This document shows, one piece after another, positions 55,280 through 62,769 of a stretch of DNA of 62,769 nucleotides; the stretch's first letter is position 1, and each line of letters begins with the position of its first letter. This DNA comes from Thermodesulfobacteriota bacterium (GTDB taxonomy: Bacteria; Desulfobacterota; GWC2-55-46; DRQE01): positions 1 to 62,769 of the forward strand of contig DASRUI010000129.1 of assembly GCA_035655515.1 (NCBI GenBank), read 5' to 3'. The translations under genes and the position numbers were made by a program. The notes under the pieces are model-generated. The model was given only the letters and a program-made list of their open reading frames with translations, was not told the origin of the DNA and ran no database searches.

Positions 55280-56140
55280 ATGCCGGAAAGCGCGACAGCG
55301 GAAAAAAAGACTAAACTCAGCGTTCCCTTTGATTACGATAAGTATCTTCGCAAGAATAAGCTCCCGCACATCTGGTGTCCGGGGTGCGGCCACGGCATAG
55401 TTCTGAAGGCGCTTCTCCGGGCCATAGACAAGGCCGCCATCGATAAAAACGACGTCTGCATGGTCTCGGGCATAGGTTGCTCTTCGAGGACGCCGGGTTA
55501 CGTGGATTTCAATACCCTCCACACGCTCCACGGAAGGGCGCTTTCCTACGCGACCGGAGTAAAGTTCGCGAAGCCAAAGATGAAGATGATAGTCGTTACC
55601 GGAGACGGGGACGCCCTTGCCATAGGCGGAAATCACTTCATCCACACCTGCAGGCGGAACATTGACATGACGATACTGGTTTACAGTAACGCCATATACG
55701 GAATGACCGGCGGGCAGTTCTCCCCCACGACCCCCGGAGGCGCCATGTCCACCACGAGCAGGTACGGCAACATCGAGCCTGTGTTCGATTGCTGTGAACT
55801 CGCGAAATCCGCTGGAGCGAGTTTTGTCGCGAGGGCGACTTCATACCATGTTCAGGAACTCGAAAGGACGATTTACGAGGCGATAAAGCACAAGGGCACG
55901 TCGGTTGTCGAGATTCTGGACCAGTGCCCGATTTATTTCGGACGCCAGAATAAGTATAAGAGCGCCTCGCACATGATGGAGATGATAGAAAAAGACGGCA
56001 CCGTGCCCGTTGCTCAGGCAGGGAAACTCCCGCCGGAAAAGCTTCAGGGAAAACTCTTAAGAGGCATACTGCACCGGGTCGAGAAGCCGGAATATTGCGA
56101 GGAGTACGCGAAGCTCGTGGAAAAGGCTCAGGCCAAGTAA
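55280..56140 (+). CDS. korB: 2-oxoacid:ferredoxin oxidoreductase beta (TPP-binding) subunit
   Basis: WCPGCGHG ... SGIGCS ... VTGDGDALAIGGNH ... NAIYGMTGGQ. Confidence 0.9.
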   Translation: MPESATAEKKTKLSVPFDYDKYLRKNKLPHIWCPGCGHGIVLKALLRAIDKAAIDKNDVCMVSGIGCSSRTPGYVDFNTLHTLHGRALSYATGVKFAKPKMKMIVVTGDGDALAIGGNHFIHTCRRNIDMTILVYSNAIYGMTGGQFSPTTPGGAMSTTSRYGNIEPVFDCCELAKSAGASFVARATSYHVQELERTIYEAIKHKGTSVVEILDQCPIYFGRQNKYKSASHMMEMIEKDGTVPVAQAGKLPPEKLQGKLLRGILHRVEKPEYCEEYAKLVEKAQAK

Positions 56141-56281
56141 GATACAGGCTTTTTACCGTAGCTCAGGGCTTTAGCCCTGATAGTAATCAGCCCTAAAGGG
56201 CGGAGGCTGCGAAATACTAAACCCTGATAGGGTAGGGCAAGAAGCGAAGCAAGAGACATCATCCGAGGGAGGAAAGATAAA

Positions 56282-56836
56282 ATGGGGAAGAGATACGAAC
56301 TCAGGTTCAGCGGCTCGGGCGGGCAGGGCATGATACTTGCCGGCATAATCATGGCCGAGGCCGCGAGCATATACGACGACAAAATAGCGGTGCAGAGCCA
56401 GTCCTACGGCCCCGAATCGAGAGGCGGCGCGAGCAGGGCCGAGGTCGTGATAAGCGACCAACCCATAGATTATCCCAAGGCGACCGCCATAGACTGCATG
56501 CTGGCGTTGACTCAGGAGGCATGCACGAAATACCACGGCGACATAAAAGAGAGCGGCATGCTCCTCGTTGATTCGGACGAGGTCAAAAACCTCCCGGCAG
56601 GCAAATTCAAGACCTACGCCTTTCCCATTACGGAGACAGTGAGGAAGGAACTCGGAAAAACCATAGTCGCCAACATAATGAGCCTCGGTATGATGACGGA
56701 ATTAACGGGCGTTGTGAAGCGCGAGGCCATGGAAGCGGCGGTGCTTTCGAGGGTTCCCGCGGCGTTCAAGGACTTGAACAAAAAGGCCCTTGAACTCGGC
56801 TTTGAAAAGGCGAAGGAGATGAAGGGTAAGATGTAG
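56282..56836 (+). CDS. korC: 2-oxoacid:ferredoxin oxidoreductase gamma subunit
   Basis: ELRFSGSGGQGMILAG ... SYGPESRGG ... typical OFOR gamma. Confidence 0.9.
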   Translation: MGKRYELRFSGSGGQGMILAGIIMAEAASIYDDKIAVQSQSYGPESRGGASRAEVVISDQPIDYPKATAIDCMLALTQEACTKYHGDIKESGMLLVDSDEVKNLPAGKFKTYAFPITETVRKELGKTIVANIMSLGMMTELTGVVKREAMEAAVLSRVPAAFKDLNKKALELGFEKAKEMKGKM

Positions 56837-56866
56837 GACAGGCCGTTCGCCCTGAGCTTGTCGAAG

Positions 56867-56937
56867 GGTCGAAGCCTGTCCTGAGCGAAGCCGAAGGAGG
56901 TCGAAGCCTGTCCTGAGCGAAGCCGAAGGAGGTCGAA
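56867..56937 (+). repeat. Tandem repeat, 32-bp unit x 2.2
   Basis: ggtcgaagcctgtcctgagcgaagccgaagga occurs at 56867-56898 and again at 56899-56930, then a partial ggtcgaa. Related single modules lie at 24605-24645, 35800-35835 and 58950-58985. Confidence 0.85.
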
Positions 56938-57052
56938 TCCGGCGGTTTTACAGGTTAGATGAAAAATAAAGGGAGTTTACGGAATTTCTGCTATAATCAA
57001 AAGCAGGTTTCCTAAACTCCCTTTGCATTTATTTTTCTTTTCTTCTTTATTT

Positions 57053-57090
57053 TCTCCTCTCCCCTTGCGGGAGAGGGTAGGGTGAGGGGG
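57053..57090 (+). repeat. Hairpin repeat TCTCCTCTCCCC-loop-GGGAGAGGGTAGGGTGAGGGGG
   Basis: tctcctctccccttgcgggagagggtagggtgaggggg, followed by further palindromic modules up to about 57180. Confidence 0.75.
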
Positions 57091-57254
57091 TATATATATC
57101 AGGGCTAAAGCCCTGAGTTACGTAACTCAGCCCTCCGCCTGAGGCGGAAGAGCCTGCCCCCGCAATCTTAAGCGCCCCGATGCCTCTGGATACGGGGCGC
57201 TCCGTATTGAAACATCGGAGCGGGGGGCTGATAGGAAAATTTCGGAGGTTTTTT

Positions 57255-58928
57255 TTGGTCAGGCATGACGTGGTAATCATAGGCGGAGGGATTGCCGGCA
57301 TGAGGGCGGCAATCGAGGTTTCAAACGCGGGGCTCGATTGCGCCATAGTTTCGAAGGTCCATCCGGTGCGTAGCCATTCGGTGGCGGCGCAGGGCGGCAT
57401 CAACGCCGTTTTAAAGGCCGACGATTCGTTCGATGCCCACGCCTTCGACACGGTAAAGGGGAGCGATTATCTCGCCGACCAGGACGCGGTGGACGTTCTA
57501 TGCAGGGAAGGCCCGGAGTGCATAGAAGAACTTGAAGAAATGGGCGCTGTCTTCAGCCGGGACGAGCGGGGAAGAATCGCGCAACGCCCGTTCGGAGGCG
57601 CCGGGTATGCCCGCGCTTGTTACCTTGCCGACAGGACGGGGCACGGCCTCATACACGTGCTTTATGAACAAATCCTTAAGCGCGATATCTGCGTTTACGA
57701 CGAATGGCACGTCCTTGAAATCACGGTAAAAAACAATTCGGTAAGGGGAGTGGTCGCTCTCGAGCTCGCAACGGGAAGACTCCACAGGCTTATCGCCAAG
57801 GCCGTGATGCTCGCAACAGGCGGCTACGGAAGGGTTTTTTCATCCACCACCAACGCCATATCCTCGACAGGCGACGGCATGGCGCTGGCCCTTTCGGCGG
57901 GGGCGCCCTTGATGGACATGGAGTTCGTCCAGTTTCATCCGACTACCTTGAAAAGAACGGGCATACTCATAACAGAGGGAGCGAGGGGCGAAGGCGGCTA
58001 TCTTGTGAACGCATCCGGCGAGAGGTTCATGAAACGCTACGCCCCGGAAAAGATGGAGCTCGCGAGCAGGGACGTCGTGGCGAGGGCCGAGCAAAAAGAG
58101 ATTGACGAGGGAAGAGGAGTCAACGGGTGCGTGCTTCTCGATTTGAGGCATCTCGGCGAAAGAAAGATAAATGAGGCGCTTCCCCAGATAAGGGAACTTT
58201 CCATAAAGTTCGCCGGAGTCGACCCGGTAAGAGAGCCGATTCCGGTACGGCCGGGCGCTCATTATTCCATGGGCGGAATAATGACGGACGTCTTCGGAAA
58301 GACCCCGGTGGAGGGGCTTTGGTCGGCCGGAGAATCCGCTTGCGTGAGCGTGCACGGCGCGAACAGGCTCGGAGGGAATTCGCTCCTCGAAACAATCGTC
58401 TTCGGGAAAAAGGCCGGTAAAGAGGCGGCGCGGTTTTGCGTCGAAGAACCCGATACGCGGGATTTTCCGGAAGACGCCTTAAAAGAGTGCGCTTCCGGCG
58501 TTGCGGCTCTTTTCAAGAGACAAAAAGGCGAGTCTGCTTACAGGATAATGGAAGAGGCAGGGCTCGTGATGAGCGAGCACTGCGGCATTTTCAGGAAAGA
58601 GGAGACCCTCTCTGTCGGACTGAAAAAGATAAGGGAATTAAAAGAGAGGCATAAAGGAATTTGTCTCACCGACAAGGGCGACGTCTTTAACACGGAATTT
58701 CAGACGGCTCTGGAACTCGGCTGCATGCTGGAGCTTTCGGAGGTTATCCTTCTCTCGGCCATTTCGAGGCAGGAGAGCAGGGGCTCGCACTTCAGGCTCG
58801 ATTATCCGGAGCGGGACGACGGCCGCTGGCTCAAGCACACGATAGCGCGGAGGCACGGCAAGGGTTACGCCATAGAATACAAGGACGTGAACATTACGAG
58901 GTGGAAGCCGGGCGAGAGGAAGTATTAG
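57255..58928 (+). CDS. sdhA: Succinate dehydrogenase/fumarate reductase flavoprotein subunit (covalent-FAD type)
   Basis: Probable TTG start at 57255 with GGAGG 6 nt upstream ([19 protein letters not shown]). [40 protein letters not shown]. The ORF-track start at 57180 lies in repeat DNA. Confidence 0.9.
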   Translation: MVRHDVVIIGGGIAGMRAAIEVSNAGLDCAIVSKVHPVRSHSVAAQGGINAVLKADDSFDAHAFDTVKGSDYLADQDAVDVLCREGPECIEELEEMGAVFSRDERGRIAQRPFGGAGYARACYLADRTGHGLIHVLYEQILKRDICVYDEWHVLEITVKNNSVRGVVALELATGRLHRLIAKAVMLATGGYGRVFSSTTNAISSTGDGMALALSAGAPLMDMEFVQFHPTTLKRTGILITEGARGEGGYLVNASGERFMKRYAPEKMELASRDVVARAEQKEIDEGRGVNGCVLLDLRHLGERKINEALPQIRELSIKFAGVDPVREPIPVRPGAHYSMGGIMTDVFGKTPVEGLWSAGESACVSVHGANRLGGNSLLETIVFGKKAGKEAARFCVEEPDTRDFPEDALKECASGVAALFKRQKGESAYRIMEEAGLVMSEHCGIFRKEETLSVGLKKIRELKERHKGICLTDKGDVFNTEFQTALELGCMLELSEVILLSAISRQESRGSHFRLDYPERDDGRWLKHTIARRHGKGYAIEYKDVNITRWKPGERKY

Positions 58929-58997
58929 GGTTTTTCGAGTAGTATTCCATGTTCACCCTTCGACAGGCTCAGGGCGAACGACGGCGCGGATATTATC

Positions 58998-59945
58998 ATG
59001 AGAATAAAGATAAAAATCAAAAGATGCGACCCGATAAAAGAAGGCGCTTGCGCTCCCTTCTGGCAGGTCTACGACGTCCTTGTAACCGAGGACATGACGA
59101 TATTGGACGCCCTCATGAAACTCGTCTCCGAAGACGACCCGACAATCGCCTTCAGAAAATCCTGCCGGAGCGCCATCTGCGGCTCGTGCGCCGTTTCCCT
59201 TAACGGTTTTCCCAAGCTCGCCTGCTCGACGCTCATGCTTCCCGAATACAGGAAGGCAGGCAAAATCGAGCTCGCCCCTCTTTCCAATTATCCCGTAATA
59301 AAAGACCTTGTCGTTGACTTCGATAGATTCTGGAAAAAGATGGAGGCCGTGACCCCGTATCTTACCCCTTCTTCGGGTTCCGTGGTTACGGTAACCGGAG
59401 AAGACGAGGCCGCGATAGACCGCTCCCAGAAGTGCGTCATGTGCGGGAGTTGCAACGCCGTTTGCGACAGCGAGGAGGCGGATTCCTCTTTCGTGGGCCC
59501 GTCGGCGTCGGCAAAGGCATGGAGGTTCGCGGGAGACGTGAGGGAAGGTTATAAAACGAAACGCCTCGAAAAGTTAAGCAATAGTCACGGCGTGTGGGAT
59601 TGCGTCAGGTGCGTTCACTGCACGGAGTACTGCCCGAAGGACGTCTCTCCTCTCGAAGCCATAGAGAGGCTCCGCTCCGAAGCGGTTAAAGAGGGCGTAA
59701 CGGATAATCACGGGGCAAAGCACGTTTTAGCCATGGCGGAATCCGTCAAAAGGGTGGGGAGGCTTGACGAGGCGGCAATGACTTTCAAGACATTGGGATT
59801 TTTGCGCTCTTTCGGAATGATACCCTTCGGCATAAAGATGGAACTTCACGGCAAGATGCCTCATCCCATAATATTCCCGGCCATAGACAACATCGAAGAG
59901 GTAAGGACGATTTTCGAGGCAACGAAAAAGAAGAAAAAGGATTAA
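58998..59945 (+). CDS. sdhB: Succinate dehydrogenase/fumarate reductase iron-sulfur subunit (with C-terminal extension)
   Basis: SCRSAICGSCAVSLNG (2Fe-2S), CVMCGSCNAVC and CVRCVHCTEYCP. Confidence 0.9.
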   Translation: MRIKIKIKRCDPIKEGACAPFWQVYDVLVTEDMTILDALMKLVSEDDPTIAFRKSCRSAICGSCAVSLNGFPKLACSTLMLPEYRKAGKIELAPLSNYPVIKDLVVDFDRFWKKMEAVTPYLTPSSGSVVTVTGEDEAAIDRSQKCVMCGSCNAVCDSEEADSSFVGPSASAKAWRFAGDVREGYKTKRLEKLSNSHGVWDCVRCVHCTEYCPKDVSPLEAIERLRSEAVKEGVTDNHGAKHVLAMAESVKRVGRLDEAAMTFKTLGFLRSFGMIPFGIKMELHGKMPHPIIFPAIDNIEEVRTIFEATKKKKKD

Positions 59946-59948
59946 CGC

Positions 59949-60812
59949 ATGACTTTAAGGTACGCATATTATCCGGGTTGCGCCTCTCAGGCCATAACCA
60001 AAGAATCGAACGACACCACGAGGAAGGCGGCCGCGCTTTTAGGTATCGAGCTTTGCGACATGCCGGCCGCGAATTGCTGCGGCGCCGGGCTTTTAAAGGA
60101 CTACGATTACATGCTGCATCTTTCGTTGAACGCCAGAATATTTTCGCAGGCCGAAAAAATGGGTCTGGACATACTCACCATATGCTCCACCTGCCTCATG
60201 ATTATGAGAACCGCCAACGACGACATGAAGCGCGACGCGGGTCTTCTCGAAAAGGTAAACAGGATACTTTTCGAGGCAGGGCTCGAATACAAAGGCACAA
60301 TCGAAGTGAAGCAACTGCTATGGGTTTTAAAGAAAGACTACGGCCTCGAGAGATTGAAAAAGAAGGTAACGCGGCCTCTTGATTGGCTGAAGGCCGCGCC
60401 TTTTTACGGTTGCCACAGTCTTAGGCCTTCGTCGGCCCTTGGTTTTGACGACCCCGAAAATCCCTCGTCCCTCGAAGACGTCCTCCGCTCTCTCGGGGCC
60501 GCTGTGGTGGAATACGGCGGAAGGACGAAGTGTTGCGGCTTTCAGGCGGACCTCGTTAATCTCGATTCAGCCGTCGCCTTGACAGCCGACAGGCTCCTCG
60601 ACGCCAAGAATAACGGGGCTGACTGCGTGGTGACGCCGTGCCCGTTTTGCCATATAAATCTGGATAATTATCAGGCCATGGCCGAAAAGAAAGCCGGAAC
60701 GAAGATAAGTCTTCCGGTATTTCACCTCTCGCAGATGGTCGGGCTTTCCATGGGCATGACGCCCGTGGAATTGGGGCTTCACCGTCATCTTGTAACGCCG
60801 AAGAACGTCTAA
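59949..60812 (+). CDS. CCG-domain (HdrB-like) subunit of a type E succinate:quinone oxidoreductase / thiol:fumarate reductase-like enzyme (SdhE)
   Basis: YYPGCAS ... ANCCGAG ... FYGCHSLRP ... TKCCGF ... PCPFCH. Same cysteine pattern as the hdrB-like gene at 41148. Confidence 0.8.
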   Translation: MTLRYAYYPGCASQAITKESNDTTRKAAALLGIELCDMPAANCCGAGLLKDYDYMLHLSLNARIFSQAEKMGLDILTICSTCLMIMRTANDDMKRDAGLLEKVNRILFEAGLEYKGTIEVKQLLWVLKKDYGLERLKKKVTRPLDWLKAAPFYGCHSLRPSSALGFDDPENPSSLEDVLRSLGAAVVEYGGRTKCCGFQADLVNLDSAVALTADRLLDAKNNGADCVVTPCPFCHINLDNYQAMAEKKAGTKISLPVFHLSQMVGLSMGMTPVELGLHRHLVTPKNV

Positions 60813-60832
60813 ATTTTTTTGTTTGCCCTCCT

Positions 60833-61402
60833 TTATCTCTCGTATGTTCCCATAACAACCGCCTCGGCAAGGACATGGCCTTTTGTGGCTTTTTCAACGT
60901 CTTTTTTATTGCTTCCCGCGCTCAACCCGAGGGTCTTTACGTCAAGGGCCTTTAGCGTGAAGAAGTAGCGGTGCTTGCCGTGCCCTTTCGGAGGGCAAGG
61001 CCCTTTGTAGCCGATTTTGCCGAAGTCGTTCATTCCTTGCTTTGTGCCGTTTTTGAGTTCAGCCGTTGTCGGCACGGCTTTTCCAAGTCCTTTGGCAGAG
61101 GCAGGTATGTCGTAGGCCACCCAGTGGGTAAAGCTACCCATGGGCGCGTCCGGGTCGGTGACGATAAGCGCGAAACTTTTAGTTCTCTCCGGAGGGTGGT
61201 TATCCCAGAAAAGCGCCGGAGAGAGGTCGTTTCCGTCGCAACTGTATTCGAGCGGTATGGCGGATTTTTCGGAAAAGGCGTCGGTGCGTATCGAGAAAGA
61301 CATGACAGTACCTCCTTCTTTTGGCGAGCCGCTTGCCTCGAGCGCGGCCGCGTGGAGAAGCAACGTTGAAAAGACAAAGACTAATACGGGGTTTTTCTTC
61401 AA
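60833..61402 (-). CDS. YbhB/YbcL family (PEBP-like) periplasmic protein
   Basis: Signal peptide, then LEYSCDGNDLSPALFW ... LIVTDPDAP ... HWVAYDI ... GYKGPCPPKGHGKHRYFFTLKAL. Confidence 0.85.
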   Translation of the reverse strand: MKKNPVLVFVFSTLLLHAAALEASGSPKEGGTVMSFSIRTDAFSEKSAIPLEYSCDGNDLSPALFWDNHPPERTKSFALIVTDPDAPMGSFTHWVAYDIPASAKGLGKAVPTTAELKNGTKQGMNDFGKIGYKGPCPPKGHGKHRYFFTLKALDVKTLGLSAGSNKKDVEKATKGHVLAEAVVMGTYER

Positions 61403-61458
61403 GCAATCACCTTGAAGGTGTTTCTTTTAAATGGTGGGCACAGCCCACCCTACAAGTC

Positions 61459-61492
61459 TGTCATTCCCGCGGTCTTTTGAGCGGGAATCCAG
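61459..61492. repeat. GTCATTCCCGC...GCGGGAATCC hairpin repeat (inverted orientation)
   Basis: tgtcattcccgcggtcttttgagcgggaatccag. Adjacent to a half MITE (aatggtgggcacagcccaccctac, 61431-61454). Confidence 0.8.
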
Positions 61493-61706
61493 TGTCCTTA
61501 CAGTATATCCTCGTTTCGCAAGATTGCAAGGCAGGGTTGCCCACTTTTATCAACCGCAGGCGAGGTCTCGTGTTTATGCGGACAAAGGGGGGTTAGGCGG
61601 GATTAGGGATAAATTCCTTGAAAAAATCCTCCAATAACTTATACTTAAGAATACGGGTGCGGCTCGGCGCTTCCTGTCTTGAGCCTTGAGTTTGCCGAAG
61701 GGTTAA

Positions 61707-62627
61707 ATGGCTTTGAGCCGCGTACAAGGGGGAGAATTTAGCGTGAAAATAAGGTTCATAGTGAATCCCATATCGGGCGGCAAGGAAAAGGTTGAGGCGA
61801 TAACCGACGGCGTCAGCAGGGTTTTCTCGAACGTGGAAGGTATCTTCGAGGTAAGGGTCACGAGGTTTCAGGGGGACGCATTTCATCTTTCCGAGGAGGC
61901 CGTTAAAAAGGGCTATGAGACGGTTTTCGCCTGCGGCGGGGACGGCACGATAAACGAGGTCGCCTCGGCGCTCGTCGGCTCGGAAACCGTTTTGGGCATA
62001 CTTCCCGTGGGAAGCGGCAATGCCCTCGCCGGGGCTCTCGGCATACCCTTTGGAACCCTTGAGGCGTTCGGCCTTCCTCTAAAGGGCAGGGTCAAGGAGA
62101 TTGACGCGGGGCAAGTGTGCGACAGGTTTTTCTTTTCGACGGCCGGCATGGGGCTCGACGCCTCGATATCAAAGAGTTACGACGAAAGGGCGCGGAAGAG
62201 TTTCAGGCGCGGCATTCTTCCTTATCTGCCTCTCGCGGCAATGGAGTACTTCAGGTACGATTCGGGCGAGGTTTTCATAAAGCACGACGAAGGGCATATG
62301 AAGGTCTCGCCGCTTTTATTGACTGTCGCGAATACCGGCGAATACGGCGCCAAGGCGCTCATCTCGCCCGGGGCCTCGCCGGACGACGGGTACTTCGATT
62401 TATGCGTGGTCGAGGATATGGGGTTCTTTAACGCCTTGACTTTCGCGAGAAGGCTTTTTAACGGCACGGTGGCTACGATGAAAAATTACAGGAGCGTCCG
62501 GACAAAAAACGTCGAGGTCGTCAAAAAATCGCCCGGCGTCATGCAGATAGACGGCGAGCCGCTTGGATGCGGCGAGAAGGTAACGTTCAGCATGAGGCCC
62601 AAGGCATTGAAGGTGTGGGTCTCTTAG
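61707..62627 (+). CDS. Diacylglycerol kinase catalytic-domain lipid kinase (YegS/DagK family)
   Basis: IRFIVNPISGG ... VFACGGDGTINEV ... LGILPVGSGNA. The start may instead be the GTG at 61743. Confidence 0.85.
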   Translation: MALSRVQGGEFSVKIRFIVNPISGGKEKVEAITDGVSRVFSNVEGIFEVRVTRFQGDAFHLSEEAVKKGYETVFACGGDGTINEVASALVGSETVLGILPVGSGNALAGALGIPFGTLEAFGLPLKGRVKEIDAGQVCDRFFFSTAGMGLDASISKSYDERARKSFRRGILPYLPLAAMEYFRYDSGEVFIKHDEGHMKVSPLLLTVANTGEYGAKALISPGASPDDGYFDLCVVEDMGFFNALTFARRLFNGTVATMKNYRSVRTKNVEVVKKSPGVMQIDGEPLGCGEKVTFSMRPKALKVWVS

Positions 62628-62629
62628 CG

Positions 62630-62769
62630 ATGACCAAAAAAGGCATAATACTAGGCGACAAGGCCGAAAGTGTGGTATCCGGAACGCCTTTTACCGGGCT
62701 TCCGGAGAGGCAAAAATTGGCAATCGCCTACAAGCATCTGGAAGACCTCCGCAGCCTTAACGGCGGCTA
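62630..62769 (+). CDS. Hypothetical protein, N-terminal fragment (3' end outside window)
   Basis: ATG at 62630, 3 nt after the preceding stop. MTKKGIILGDKAESVVSGTPFTGLPERQKLAIAYKHLEDLRSLNGG. Too short to assign. Confidence 0.3.
   Translation, partial: MTKKGIILGDKAESVVSGTPFTGLPERQKLAIAYKHLEDLRSLNGG

Overview
This is a 62.8-kb bacterial chromosomal window from a diderm organism (LpxB-like and MlaFED genes are present). Sampled 60-nt lines in core genes run about 55-65% GC.

The left half is mainly minus-strand housekeeping. It holds the uvrC 3' end, comEC, terC, a hexahaem cytochrome c, an ABC-F ATPase, an lpxB-like gene, ssrA (tmRNA) plus smpB, an rseC-like gene and rsmB. It continues with DUF4445-purH-purD-purE-tsaC-DUF502, alr-mlaE-mlaF-mlaD, an rpoH-like sigma factor, atpZ-atpI-atpB-atpE, hisZ-purA, and a class V aminotransferase with serA.

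The right half (37979-60812) is a single 23-kb co-directional block of reductive/branched TCA-type genes:
- mdh and a split class I fumarase.
- hdrC-hdrB-hdrA-mvhD, three Flx/Asr-like Fe-S/flavin proteins, and a second FrdB/FrdA-like pair.
- sucCD and a four-subunit 2-oxoacid:ferredoxin oxidoreductase.
- SdhA/SdhB with a CCG-domain subunit.

Two low-GC accessory islets interrupt the core:
- 9.2-10.7 kb lies next to the tmRNA 3' end. It holds a twin-CX3C secreted protein, an orphan membrane protein, an IS transposase remnant and MITE-like repeats.
- 27.6-29.9 kb lies between atpZ and purA. It holds a hicBA module and a tightly coupled pair: a Panacea(DUF4065)-like wHTH protein followed by an orphan proteasome/HslV-type Ntn-hydrolase with an intact Thr1/Asp17/Lys33 constellation.

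That pair is my best candidate for an undescribed toxin-antitoxin or defence-type system.

Other notable points:
- An Hdr-Flx-Frd gene fusion cluster could be a soluble, possibly bifurcating, fumarate reductase.
- A ghost copy of the sucD 3' end differs from the live gene almost only at synonymous sites.
- The lpxB translation start is duplicated around a repeat insertion.
- A perfect 17-bp palindrome overlaps a promoter upstream of mdh.
- Low-GC hitchhiker ORFs sit inside the hdr operon.
- Intergenic DNA is saturated with at least five short palindromic repeat families.

No rRNA, tRNA or CRISPR array was seen. All homology calls are by-eye motif recognition. No searches were run.
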